From Felis catus (taxonomy: Eukaryota), in NCBI RefSeq assembly GCF_018350175.1, contig NC_058368.1:69008001-69072000 (forward strand): a stretch of 64,000 nt of DNA, in the 5' to 3' direction. Each line of letters starts with the position of its first letter. The stretch's first letter is position 1. Under the pieces are notes generated by a model. It was not told where the DNA came from. It saw nothing but the letters and a program-made list of their open reading frames with translations, and did no database searches. This document shows, piece after piece, positions 51,011 through 63,340 of this stretch. The translations under genes and the position numbers were made by a program.

Positions 51011-51235
51011 TTTTTTAAAAAAAACTTTTTAATGTTTATTCATTTTTTTGAGAGACAGAGAGACAGAGCACGAGAGGGGGAAGGGCAGGGAGACAAGGAG
51101 ACACACAATCCGAAGCAGGCTCCAGGTTCCGATCTGTCTGCACAGAGCCCGGTGCAGGGCTTAAACTCGCAAACTATGAGATCATGACACAAGCTGAAGT
51201 TGGATGCTTAACCGACTGAGCCACCCAGGCGCCCC
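51011..51235 (-). mobile_element. Can-SINE
   Basis: Reverse-complement SINE; TSD TCC(T/C)AAGAGTTCT. Confidence 0.95.
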
Positions 51236-53509
51236 TTATCCCAAGAGTTCTGTTTGGCTCTTCTCCAAATATGCCTGGACCTTTTTCTTTTTTTGCATTT
51301 TCTTGTGCTTTTCTCATGTCTTAATCCCTTTGTAATAGTTTTACTTATCTTTAATGTACATAAAGTGTTTTTCTGCTAATTCCACGATCTAAATTCCTTG
51401 GGGGTCTAATTCAGCAATGTTTTATTCTTGTATTAGTCACTCATTTTTTCCCTCCTGTGTTTTTTAATACTGGGTTGAGAGCTCTCAAATGACCAAAGTC
51501 AAAAAAATTCACATGAAAAGTGTGGTCATAGCTGAGTCATACCTCCGGGCCCCTGGCAAAATAAATCCCAGGAAAGACACTCTAAATGTGGAGTGTGAAG
51601 AATTGACAAAGATGAAGCACTTGCCCTTGGTTCCTTCTTTTTTCTCACCTCCCACACTCAACCCCTACCAAGACCTGAAGGATCATTACACATACTCTTT
51701 ACTGGTCTCCCTGCTTCCACTCTCACCCGTCTCCAAGACATTCTGGGCTCACAAGCAGAGGGATCCTTTCAAACTGCAATTGTCTTGATTAAAAATCTTT
51801 AGTTCCCTCCCTCTGCTCTTAATGCAAACGTCAAACTCTATGTCTGGTGCCCATGTATGTTCTTCCTCCTGTCCATCTTCTACCTACTTCTTCTGCTGCA
51901 TCTCTCCCCCCGCCCCCCAATTCACAAAGCTGCAGCCACACTGGCTGCCTTTACCTTCCAGCAGCCAACAAACGCGAGGAGGATCCCACTTGAGATGGGC
52001 CAGGAAGGAGGAAGGGAGAGTGGAGAAATGAGCACATCTCCCCGATCTCACGAAACCCTGGATGAAATCTTTCCTGAAGTCGCTTTATCCCTGAACTTCA
52101 CAATAATGTCTCAGTTTGTTCTCTTGACTCCTCCCTCTCCAGCACACACTCCCACACAACCAGCCATGTTTTTGTAAGCTGGGGCCTTTATCCATAAGGA
52201 GCTGCTATGTTACTTTATTGACCACATCCCAGACTTTCAGAGAAATGTCACAGCCCAAAGCTGATGTTCCAGTTAAGCTGTCTTTACAGAGACCTTGATT
52301 CTATCCTAGGGTCCAGCAAAAGCTGAAGGAGAACTACTCTTAATATATCCTTGGAGAATTCATCTTTCCCAATATTTAAGGTGCAAACAAATACGTTTCT
52401 GGAATTTAACGTGGCAATGGTTCTCTCACTCACTTCATCATGCCTTTGGATAGGCCACATTTTTCTACTTCACTATATCTGGATATCACTTTTAATTAAT
52501 TCAGTGACATTTAACCAGCACGAAGCATTCACCCTTCAGGATTCCATCCCGCATTACTTCATGTAACTACTCCACCGCCCAAACAAGCGATGAGACCTTT
52601 CTTTTTCACGTCCTACCAAACATTCCGGCAACTTTTAAGTACTTGATACATTCTCTTAATTCAAAACATGCCAAAACAAATCAGAGAGAAGAATGAAGTT
52701 GCCCATAGCTCATAATAAAGACCTTCTAGATTACAAGATTGATTACACACACTCGAGTATCAATGCTGTAATCCCGCAGGGTATGTGATACAAACATCAT
52801 CCTGGTTTTCCAACCAGGGAGATGAAAGTGAGGAAAAGAAAATAAACATCTATTGAGCAACTGCTGTGTGCAAAGCCTCATCACATAAGGAACTTAAATA
52901 TGTCATCTGTTGTGATCATTTCAAATAGGTAAGTGTGTTTGCCAAATCACACACACACAGTACTTGCCAGAGGCAGGACACAAAGCTGGTCTGCAGCGCT
53001 CTGTCTGCTGCAGCTTGCTTCTTCAGCCCGACACTTGTGGAAGCTTCTCTTCAAGGCCACAGCGCACTGAAAATGATTTATTCTTCAGGAGCTCATTACT
53101 GCCTTCTTTCCTTTATAGCTGCCCACAGACTTCTCTGACTTGTGTCACTGATTTCGTATAATTGGTACTAAGATTGGCACTTCATTATTTTCAAATGACA
53201 GAACAGCCAGCTCTTAAGACAATGTAGTTTGGATAAAGTGAGCAGTTCTTAAAATTAAATTACTTATTAATAATGGGTCTTCCCATTAGAACTCTTTAAT
53301 ACTGTAGTCTTGGGCATGGATCCTTATTATAGTTACATCTTCTGTAGGGTGGAAGAATTTTTCTGGTGATGCTAATACTGTACCTCATGTTAAACCAAAA
53401 CATCTCCTTAGAGATACAGCACTCGTACAATGTGACCATGATTTAAGAGTCTGAGGATGGAGTTTGAGACCCAAAGTGAGATTTATCAATTAAAAGCAGG
53501 TCACTCCTG

Positions 53510-53742
53510 GGGAACGCAAGCTGGTGCAGCTGCTCTGGAAACCAGTCTGGAGGGTCCTCAAAAAACTAAAAATAGAACTACCCTATGACCCTGCAATTGC
53601 ACTACTAGGCATTTATCCATGGGATATAGGTGTGCTGTTTCAAAGGGACACATGCATCCCCATGTTGATAGCAGCACTATCAACAATAGCCAAAGTATGG
53701 AAAGAGCCCACATGTCCATCGATGGATGAATGGATAAAGAAG

Positions 53743-53789
<47 letters not shown>

Positions 53790-53828
53790 TATATCTGTAT
53801 ATAAAGAAGATATATATATATATATCTG

Positions 53829-53872
<44 letters not shown>

Positions 53873-54253
53873 TACACACAATGGAGTATTACTCAGCAAT
53901 CAAAAAGAATGAAATCTTGCCATTTGCAACTTCATGGATGGAACTAGAGGGTATTATGCTAAGCAAAATTAGTCAGAGAAAGACAAATATCAAATGACTT
54001 CACTCATGTGAGGACTTTAAGACACGAAACAGATGAACATAAGGGGAGGGAAGCAAAAATAACATAAAAACAGGGAAGGGGACAAAACAGAAAAGACTCA
54101 TAAATATGGAGAACAAACAGAGGGTTACAGGAGGGGTTGTGAGAGAGGGGATGGGCCAAATGCGTAACGGGCACTAAGGAATCTACTCCTGAAATCAGTG
54201 TTGCACTACATGCTAACTAATGTGGATGTAAATTTTTTAAAAATTTAAAAAAA
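53510..54253 (+). mobile_element. Carnivore/felid L1 3' end, 5'-truncated, with internal (TA)n(CA)n expansion
   Basis: ORF 53524-53997 WRVLKKLKIELPYDPAIALLGIYP..MEYYSAIKKNEILPFATSWMELEGIMLS is the L1 ORF2 C-terminus; TSD present. Confidence 0.97.
53743..53880. repeat. Compound (TA)n/(CA)n microsatellite inside the L1
   Basis: Directly visible. Confidence 0.97.
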
Positions 54254-54268
54254 AAGCAAGTCACTCCT

Positions 54269-54467
54269 GGGGCGCCTGGGTGGCTCAGTCGGTTAAGCAT
54301 CCAACTTTGGCTCAGGTCATGATCTCCCAGTTCATGGGTTCGAGCCCGCATCCAGGTCTGTGCTGACAGCTCAGAGCCTGGAGCCTGCTTCTGATTCTGT
54401 GTCTCCCTCTCTCTCTGCCCCTCCTCCCACTCTCAAAAATAAATAAACATTAAAAAAAATATTTTTA
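54269..54467 (+). mobile_element. Can-SINE
   Basis: Full head, body and tail. Confidence 0.95.
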
Positions 54468-55773
54468 AGGCAAATCACACTTAGGGTGCTAACTTCAGGC
54501 ACTGTGTGCTTCACAAATATTAAGTCACTTATATCATGAGGATTCCGGTTTAAGGATGTTATCTGAGGCGGCATCCTTAGCTGCAAACAACAAAAGTAAT
54601 CCTGTAATAAGAGCTTATTGGTGGAAACGGTGTTCACGGCTGTGTGGGGAGGGCTGGAGAACTCGGCTGATGGTTGAACCTTCTGGAAACTGCCCAAAGC
54701 CACGCCAATAGCTGATGGGGGAGCACCGCCCGGGATGTTCTCCCTCTCATGTCTGCACACCCGCACCCTGGTGCCTCAGTGCCTCCTCTGTGCCAAGAGC
54801 TCAATCTCGCGGCCACTCGGAAGCCAGCACTGCTAGCTACACTGCTGTTACCTCTTGGGAGAGGGGGAGGTGCAGACACGAAGACCCTCTGCGGGGCCCT
54901 TTTCCTGACACTGCTCCCTGCCTGCGGTATCCAGCAGATGATGTATCTGACTGGCAACACCTGGTCCCTTGCTTGTGCCCCAGCAGCAAAGCAGGCAGAG
55001 AACTTGAGTTTTGGTTTCTAAGCTTGGGAGCACCCCCTCCCCACCACCACCCCCCCCCCACTCCCATAGCAGGCCTGTTCAATGATGAAGGACGGCCATG
55101 AACGTGACAGATGGCCCCTGCCCATGTGTAGGGACTCTACCAGAAGCTGCCCTTCATCGAACTTCCAGGAAGCAGTCTATTTCAGAGGAATGCTTGACTG
55201 TGGCATGATTTCATTTCTAATATCAATTAATTAAATGGTATTTAATTCCACCCTGTTTGGATCATTCGCCCAAGTATCTCTAAGCTCTAAAGAGCCCTCG
55301 GGCTCAGACTTCCCTTTCTTTCCCCTACATACACATCCCAGGCAATCTTAATCCATCTCACGGCTTTCAATACCACCTCTACTCCAATGACTCATAATTC
55401 ATATCGCCAGCCCGGATCCCTCCCTGGAATGCCAGCCTCGTGTTTGTAACTATCTCCTTGATGTCAAACTCAAAACATTCCAAACCAAAGTACTGGGTTT
55501 CCTGCCCAAGTCAGCCCCTGCTTCAGTCTCCCTCTCTCTCTGCAGGTGCCACCTGCTTCCTTCCAGATCCAAACCAGAAGCTATGGAGGCAGGCTTCACT
55601 TCACTCTTTGGCTCGCTCCCCATATTTATCCAACAGGATCGTTTATTGATTCTCCCCTCAAGGTGTATCCCAGATTCTCCCCTTCTCCCCACGTCCCCTG
55701 CCATCACCCAGCCCAAGTCAGCACCCTCCCTCACCTGGATTATTGCGGGTTGCTTCCTGCCTGCTCATCCTAT

Positions 55774-56406
55774 GAGGGCCGGCTGCACAGGTGGGTGGGT
55801 GGGTGACCAGTGCAGTTGCATGGGGCTTCATGTTCAGGTGTCCCATGTTTGGAGTTCATTGCTCCGTGGAAGTGGCCTTGAAATTCTTAATAAGTTTATC
55901 TTGACTTTGTGTTTCCTAAGTGAAATCCAATGGGACAAAGCAGCGTGCACCTGGGGTCTGGAACCTCAGGGAGGGGGGGGGGCGGGTGTCCTTTCTCTTG
56001 CTGCCTTGTGGGATAGGTTCTTGGCTACCCTCCTCCTGACCATGGCCCACACAAGGACAGGTTAGGAGGGACACCACTGAAGAAAGGACACGTTTTCTTT
56101 CCCTACCTTTTTGTTTTTGTTTTTTAACATTTTAATTTATTTTTGAGAGACAGAGAGAGACAGAGCACGAGACGGGGAGGGGGAGAGAGAGAGACACACA
56201 CACGGAATCCAAAGCAGGCTCCAGGCTCCCAGCTGTCAGCACAGAGCCCGATGTGGGTCTTGAACCCTTGAACCGTGAGATCATGACCTGAGCTGAAATC
56301 GGACGCCTAACCGACTGGGCCACCCGGGCATCCCTCCCTACGTTTTGAATAAAATCTCTGCATTTTCACTTTACACTGGGCCCCCCACATTGTCTAGCTG
56401 GTCCTG
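55774..56406 (+). mobile_element. MER45-like hAT-Tip100 non-autonomous transposon
   Basis: Left end AGGGCCGGCT and right end AGCTGGTCCTG form degenerate TIRs; CTTGAAATTCTTAATAA and CATTTTCACTTTACACTGGGCCCC internal. Confidence 0.75.
56108..56334 (-). mobile_element. Can-SINE inside the MER45-like element
   Basis: TSD TCCCTAC(C/G)TTTT. Confidence 0.95.
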
Positions 56407-56461
56407 CTTCCTGCTTCTTTCTTTACCTCATACCCCAGGCAGTCTCAGCCAGAGTGTTTTC

Positions 56462-56662
56462 TTTTTTTAAGTTTAATTGTTTATTTTGAGATAGAAAGCA
56501 CAAGCAGGTAAGGAGCAGAGAGAAAGAGAGACAGAATCCCAAGCAGGCTCCACGCCATCAGTGCAGAGCCCAATGCGGGGCTCGAACCCACAAACTGTGA
56601 CGTGAGACCTGAGCTGAGATCAAGAGTCAGATGCTTAACTGACTCAGCCACCCAAGGCACCA
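56462..56662 (-). mobile_element. Can-SINE
   Basis: Reverse-complement SINE. Confidence 0.93.
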
Positions 56663-57247
56663 CGAGGGTGGTTCTTTTTATAAGTCAGATCTCATCGTCC
56701 ACCTGCCCAAAACCCTTCAATACCTTCTGAACTCATTCAGAGCAAAAGTCAGTTTCCTTCTGGCCCCTGAGGCCTTGTTCCTCTTGCACCTGCATTATCT
56801 CCAGTCTCAAACCCAACTCCTCCCCCCCTTGCTCACTCAGACGCTACCATTCCTTCTCCCTGCAGAATCCTCGTGGCTTGCTCCTTTACCGCCCTCATGC
56901 CCAAACATCATCATCCTTCCCCAGCCTCTCTCCTGAAAATAGCAGCTCCAATCTGCCACATTCCTGATTCCCTTACCCTGCGTTCCTTTTCTCCGCAATG
57001 CCCATTACCATCTGGCATACTCTATGTCATTTTCTATTTCTCTCACTAGAATATATGCTCCCTGAGGCCAGGGACTTCGTCTCTTTGCCCACTCCCTCCC
57101 CAGCACCAAGAATGGCATCCAGCACATTCTGTAGATGTGGAGAGCAGATCCAGATTTTGTGGGACCTGAAGCTTATCCTACTTGGGGGAAGAGGAGCTTC
57201 TTAGGAAAAAGATATAAAACTGTAAATATAAAAATTAAATATGGACC

Positions 57248-57403
57248 GTTTCAGTGTCTACATCCTGGGTTTGATACTATACTATAAACATTTTGTAAGA
57301 TGTTACCGTGGGGGTAACAGGTCAAGGAAACAGAATGTCTCTGCTGTATTTCTCACAACTGCATGTGAATCTACAATGATCTCCACATTAAAAGTTTAAT
57401 TAA
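57248..57403 (+). mobile_element. L1MC-like extreme 3' end
   Basis: TGTAAGATGTTACC..TCTCTGCTGTATTTCTCACAACTGCATGTGAATCTACAATGATCTC. Confidence 0.8.
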
Positions 57404-57639
57404 GGGCGCCTGGGTGGCGCAGTCGGTTAAGCGTCCGACTTCAGCCAGGTCACGATCTCGCGGTCCGTGAGTTCGAGTCCCGCGTCGGGCTCTGGGCTGA
57501 TGGCTCAGAGCCTGGAGCCTGTTTCTGATTCTGTGTCTCCCTCTCTCTCTGCCCCTCCCCTGTTCATGCTCTGTCTCTCTCTGTCCCAAAAATAAATAAA
57601 CATTGAAAAAAAAATTAAAAAAATAAAAAATAAAAAAAA
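57404..57639 (+). mobile_element. Young felid Can-SINE
   Basis: CpG-intact body; TSD TAAAAGTTTAATTAA. Confidence 0.97.
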
Positions 57640-58555
57640 TAAAAGTTTAATTAAAAAATTAGATATGTAAATGAAGATTTATCTAGAGTGAGAAAAGACA
57701 TCACAACAAATTAAAGTAATAAAAACCTGACAAATGCCACAGGCATCACAACATCCACAAAAATATTTCTATTAACTCCCTGGCAAACCTCCATAACACT
57801 TCTTCCTATACTTTTGTCTCCATATCCTTTGATCACCTCTTCATATAAGAAAGCTTTGCAAGACAGTAATTCCTTCATATCTGTGGTTTCACTTTTAAGT
57901 GGTTTCACTTCATCAAACAGGTGATCCCCTTCCGACATATGGTCAGAAGGTCAAGAGTAGCCTAACGCTACCATATGGCCCAGCCATCGTCTGCACGCAT
58001 ATTCAGTCCCTCACACACCATTTGGTATCCAACAAAGACATCTTTTGGATGGGTATAGATCTGCAGGTAGAGGAAAATGCAAGGGGGTGTGTGCCTTGGT
58101 ATTGGGTTGTTTTTCTTAGGAAACAACTGTTAATGGCTCCATGATGGGAAAACTTGATAAATTAAAGGGTAAATAGAAGTGCAGGGGCCAAGCTGCATGA
58201 ATCTGATCAGCGGTAATAGGAGGCATGTGGTTAAGTGCCCACACACCGGGCTGGAAATTTTCCCTTAAGTATTTTGAAAATAAAAAAGTACGAAGAGGAC
58301 TCAGTTCATGCTGAGCCTCCTTACCCCTCCCTGATCTCATCCTATCAGGAAGAAAAAAAAATGGGTCTGTTACTGCACTCGGGTCTGAAGGGTCATTATT
58401 CAGAGCTTGACTTCATAACAATAACCAGGTACCAGTCCCAGAAGCGTCTCCAGATTGTTGCTTGCACAGGAGTGCTCTCTCTCTCTCTCTTTTTTTTTTC
58501 ATTTGAACCAATTATTTAAGGCAAAACTATCTTTTTCATTAAAAACCCAGTGGGC

Positions 58556-58790
58556 GGGGCGCCTGGGTGGCGCAGTCGGTAAAGCGTCCGACTTCAGCCA
58601 GGTCACGATCTCGCGGTCCGTGAGTTCGAGCCCCGCGTCAGGCTCTGGGCTGATGGCTCGGAGCCTGGAGCCTGTTTCCGATTCTGTGTCTCCCTCTCTC
58701 TCTGCCCCTCCCCCGTTCATGCTCTGTCTCTCTCTGTCCAAAAAATAAATAAAAAACGTTAAAAAAAAAACAACAAAACAAAACAAAACA
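58556..58790 (+). mobile_element. Young felid Can-SINE
   Basis: CpG-intact body; perfect TSD AAAAACCCAGTGGGC; (CAAAA)n tail. Confidence 0.97.
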
Positions 58791-59949
58791 AAAAACCCAG
58801 TGGGCAACTTGTAAACATGGAATACATTGCCCTGGGGTCCATTTTCAGGCTGCATTCTATAAAACTGCCAAGTTACTTGTTCCTCTAGTTATGGGGGAAA
58901 ACAAGTTTGTATTATTCTGTATTTCACACACACACACAAGTCAAGCTCAAAGGCATTGTTAAAATGCAGTCTTGCCTTTTGGATCGTTGCAGCTTCCGTG
59001 GGCTCTAGGAAATGGAGAAGGTGGACTGAACACACGAGGCTGGCCCCAGACACCGTGGAATGCATGTCCTTCCAAATCGGCCAGGACAAGGTAGGCGGGA
59101 AGACCCCTTCCAGCAGTAGCAACAGACCATTTCCTCTCCTTCCAGAGCGGGCCAATCAGTTAACTAAATCCTTGGCTCCCCTGAGAAGAGCAGACAAGTT
59201 GAGAACGAAGCAAACATTAAGCTTGACGGAGACAGAGCCCCTGGGCTGCCCAGATCAGCAGACCTGAAGCAGAGAGAAACTGCTCACTTCAGCTCTCGCC
59301 TCCATCCTCAAAATTGCAGTCGCGTGGCCCTTGGCTACATGATGAAGGAAACTCTTTAGGCGGAGTGCCTTTCACTCAAATACCCCATAACGATGAACCA
59401 GGTCTTCAATTTCCTTGTTTTCCAAATATCGGAACCTCTCCTTTCCAGAGAGGAAGAAAATAACCAGAGCCAGGGGCACCGTTTCCTTCAGTTTCCACCA
59501 CTTGCTCATATTGTGCTTTTCTATCAAGCAAGAGCCTAGGGAGCTGATCAGCCTGGGCAGCTTCCAGAAGTCACCATTGGAGAAGGCCTGTTGGGAAGCA
59601 TGAATGCCCTGTTAAGTCTCTATGTCTTTTATTTCATGTGAGGTCAGAGCCAGAACCAATCATTCCTGCTGGCGGAGGGGGAAGTTAGCAAATGACCCAC
59701 ATTTATATAGTCCTGAATGTCGTGCTTGTTGATTCTGGAAAGTACCCCCAAATTCATGGAAGTTGCATACCAAATCTCAAGGACTTGCCGGTAACTGAGA
59801 AGAAAAAAACATGCACCATGAAATATGGGAAGTCTCTCGTTTTCTGAATACTTATTGAATACCCATGAGGTACCAGGCACTGGGATATCAGAGATGTGAA
59901 AGTTATTGTCCTGACCTCCAAGTAGCTTATGGGCTAGAAGTTCAACATC

Positions 59950-60250
59950 CCAACCCATCGTCAGTCCATCCCCAAATCCTGTCAATTTTACCTTCTAACT
60001 ATCTTTTGCCATCACCCACTTCTCTCTCACTCTACCCCCACCAGCATGGCCCAAGCCTCCACCATCATCCTGCACCTGAACTGTTATAATATCCTCCTAT
60101 TTGCTCATCCATGTTCATTCTTCTTCTTTCTAGTCCATTTTCCAGAGCCAGAATGATCTCTGCAAAGGTAAAGGCCACCTTAAAATCTTTGAGTGGCTGT
60201 CCAATACCCAAAGAATAAAAATAAAATGCCTTGAAAATGTCCTGCCTACG
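59950..60250 (+). mobile_element. L2 fragment
   Basis: CCAAATCCTGTCAATTTTACCTTC..CCAAGCCTCCACCATC..CAGAGCCAGAATGATCT. Confidence 0.7.
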
Positions 60251-60429
60251 ACCCCAACCCACCTGCAGTCAGTTGCAAAACTGGTCCCAATTCTCCACCC
60301 CTGCCTGTATCCATGGCTTTGCAGTGGGAAACTGTCACTTCCTAAGGAAAACCCTTACCAGCTTCCTTGATGAGTTCATTTTTACATATTCCCTATTACA
60401 TATTCTCACAGTATATGTGATAGTATAAC

Positions 60430-60665
60430 ATAATGGAGTGAGCCCAGACGCCCAGGCCAGACTGCATGGGTTAGAACCCTAGAGGCCCCACTTGCTAGTT
60501 TTGCATCCATGGAAAGACATGTAATCTCTCTGTACCTCAATTTCCTCACAGGGCTCATGGTGTTTCCTCCACTGTAGGACTGTTCTAAGGAATGAATGGA
60601 TTAGTGATGTACTTAGACCAGTGCTTGGCATGAACCAGCTGCAATATATGAATTAGCTATTATTA
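60430..60665 (+). mobile_element. MIR
   Basis: GCCAGACTGCATGGGTT..CTCTCTGTACCTCAATTTCCTCA..TTAGCTATTATT. Confidence 0.8.
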
Positions 60666-60738
60666 AAGCACCATGTACTTTTCTCTTAGAGCACATTATG
60701 CTTTCATTTGCACGATTCTTTTATTAATGTCTATAGAC

Positions 60739-60955
60739 CAGATTTTGGCAACCTTTTTTTCTGTGAGACACCAGATAGTAAATATTTTAAGTTTTATGGG
60801 CCATATGGTCTCTGTCATAACTACTTAATTCTACTGTGGTAGCACAAAAGCAGTCATAGACATGATATAAACAAGTGAATATGGCTGTATACCAATAAAA
60901 CTTTATTTTCGACAGGCAGTGGGTCGTATTTGGTCCACAGGCTGCAATCCTTGCT
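60739..60955. mobile_element. MER58A-like hAT-Charlie fossil
   Basis: CCAGATAGTAAATATTTTAAGTTTTATGGGCCATATGGTCTCTGTC..CCAATAAAACTTTATTT. Confidence 0.88.
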
Positions 60956-62006
60956 GTAGGCTATCATGAGAAGAGAGACACTATTTTTTTCACTCCAAAT
61001 TTCTTTAGACTATGCTTCACACCCAGTTTCAAAATATATTTGTTGTGTAAACGGTAGAAGTTTTGAATTCTAGACCAAAAACTCAGGTGTGAATCCAGTT
61101 CTTTCTAGGCTTAAAATCAAAGTAAATGTGACTCCAGACAACAGTCCACTAGGCTGATGGATATTCGGTGCTATGGTCCCATCCCTCCCAGGATCACAAT
61201 GGAATTGAGGAAGATTCCACTGTGCCTAGAAAATGAGAGACAGGCAACTAATCTTTAGACCATCCTGCTCTTTGCTCTACCCCTGATTGTCTAAACCCAT
61301 GACTTCCATTTGGGGGCCAGTGTCCCTCTGTTCTCATGCTACACTCTGGTGGAAATCTCTGCTAAGTAAAGGGCCTGGTTCTTGGTTGGGGCCCAGTGCT
61401 GAGATCTTGTCACTTCCCCACTGTTCTGGAACCAAATATGCTTCATGTCTGTCTCTGAATCTTGTTCTGTGTCTTGAAAAGAAGTTTCCTCTCTGGATAC
61501 CCTACTGAACACCTAGGATAAGTTCTTTTGCTGTTTCAAAAGACAGGAAGGGCCAAAGCTTCTACTTAGTGCCTAGTAAAGATATTGGAAATAAGGAAAA
61601 CAAAGTTTGGCTACTCCCTTGAAATGGAAAGTCAAGTGGAAAGGAAGGAAAATATAAGAGAAACATAAAGAAATTAATAATTTAACCAAACAAATATACC
61701 AATAAGCTCTAAATGTTAACAAACCTTTATCTAGCATCATATAACAACTGATAATAGATGAGGGATGATGATGATGATGCAGGCAATAAAAAGTCAAATT
61801 ACTCAGGCCTTTGCCACCCATGTGCACATCCCTAAACTAAAATCAGGAATGGAAGTTCCCTTAATATTGGATTATCTCAGCAAGATATCACCGTACAATA
61901 TTTAGAGTTTCCTTCAGGGAGTTCTTACAAGTACACTTCAGACTTTGAAAGAATGGAAAGTGTTACAATCTGTGATTTAAGGCATCGCAGAGAAAGGCTA
62001 AAGATT

Positions 62007-62112
62007 GTGCGCCTGGGTGGCTCCATTGGTTAACCGTCCGACTTGGGCTCAGGTCATGATCTCAGGTTGGTGGGTTCGAACCTCGCGTCAGGCTCTGAGC
62101 TAACATACACAC

Positions 62113-62150
<38 letters not shown>
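62007..62150 (+). mobile_element. Can-SINE 5' part followed by (CT)n, no A tail
   Basis: GCGCCTGGGTGGCTC..TCAGGCTCTGAGCT then (CA)(CG)(CT)n. Confidence 0.88.
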
Positions 62151-62154
<4 letters not shown>

Positions 62155-62439
62155 GTCACTCAACTGAAACCCCCTTTTGCCTCATTAAGATACCAACTAC
62201 TCACTCATTTTACGTATCTACTTAACATCATCCAAGCAGAGAGCAAAGATCTGTGTAGATGCTCCCTTAATGGACCTTCACTTAACCAGCTGGCGAGATA
62301 ATCCCCACTCTCCAAGTTCACCTCTCTGAGTTAAACAGACTGACTGATACCCAACACCTTAAGTGTTCAGATCTAGTATGGTTCTCTCTGGTATGCGTAA
62401 ATACTTCTGCCGTCACCAGCTAATTATATGTTAATCAAG

Positions 62440-62845
62440 ATACGTGGTTTTTATTTCCCAGCCTATTTATGTACCTCATAATGCAATTACATAATGTAAA
62501 AAAATATTACAAAAATCCATAAAAGATGTATAAAAAGTGTAAAAATGAGTGAATTGTTTCTGTACATTCTGAGTTGAATGATGTAGAAAAATCTGAGTTG
62601 AAAAGAAGCTTGCTATTAAATTTGGTGTGGCTGAAAGAGAGTAGCAGACTAAGAATAATCCTTCACTCTGGAAGATTAATCTACTCAGTTTGATTTCTAA
62701 GTATTTTTCACTCTTGCTTCTACTTTAAAGAAACTGAACTAGAAAATACAGGCAATGCAAGACGAATGTAAGTTACAACAAGAAACTCCAACATATAGAA
62801 TCAAACTTAAATAAAGATTCATGGCCCTCCATGAAGAGACTGGGA
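62440..62845 (+). mobile_element. Tigger (Tigger13a-like) DNA transposon fossil
   Basis: Degraded transposase 5' region: TTGCTATTAAATTTGGTGTGG..TCTACTTTAAAGAAAC..TGGCCCTCCATGAAGAGACTGG. Confidence 0.55.
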
Positions 62846-62896
62846 AAGGAATCCACACTTACATATCTCGAGTTAAAATAAAATTAATGGAAATCT

Positions 62897-63340
62897 CTAC
62901 TTCTGGCCAAGATGGATGAACAGGAACTTCAGAAAACTGAACAAAATATATGGAATAAAGGCTTTTTTTCAAGACACTGGACATCAGGAAACCAAAGGAA
63001 ATCATCTCAAAGACACAAGAAACAAAATGGGTGCCCCCTGGCATTGCCCCACCTAATTGCCCTGTGAGAGATTCCAGACCACAGTCTAAGAAGGGGAACC
63101 CAGGCAGAGCCATGGGGTTCCCTGGATAGAGGAAACAGAGCTAAGGTTCAGGGAGTCAAGAGTTTGCAGGTCAGAATTTGGAGAGTAGAGAGCTACACGC
63201 AGAAAACCGCAGAAAACTGAGGATCCATGAAGAAACCTCAAGAATTCAGCTGAGTACAGAGCCGAGCACATATGTGGGCAAAACCTAAGACTGGGGGAAA
63301 GCCACCAGAAAGAATCGAGTGCCTGTTTCTACCGGTCAGA
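62897..63340 (+). mobile_element. Old L1M 5'UTR fragment
   Basis: ACTTCTGGCCAAGATGG start, CAAAATATATG, TTTTCAAGACACTGGACATCAGG. Confidence 0.65.

Larger units (their letters stand above)
47330..51480 (-). mobile_element. Ancient L1ME-like element, fragmented, with nested insertions
   Basis: Antisense L1 phrases ordered 3'UTR (left) to ORF2 end (47700-48250) to ORF1-like (50440-51400). Confidence 0.65.
55300..57135 (+). mobile_element. L2 remnant with nested insertions
   Basis: ATCCATCTCACGGCTTTCAATACCACCTCTAC..CTCACCTGGATTATTGC..CTAGAATATATGCTCCCTGAGGCCAGGGAC..CCCAGCACCAAGAA. Confidence 0.8.
57140..57770 (+). mobile_element. MER53/OldhAT1-like hAT fossil, interrupted
   Basis: GCAGATCCAGATTTTGTGGGACCTGAAGCTTAT..; resumes after 57660 with GAGAAAAGACATCACAACAAATT. 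Confidence 0.6.

Noticed and set aside
54620..55100. GC-richer patch with several overlapping ORFs as a promoter or exon
   Set aside because: CpG density looks too low for an island, ORFs lack recognisable homology, and part may be an old LTR
58993..59090. Possible exon (TTGCAG acceptor, AAG/GTAGGC donor)
   Set aside because: Weak polypyrimidine tract, unrecognised translation, no partner exons
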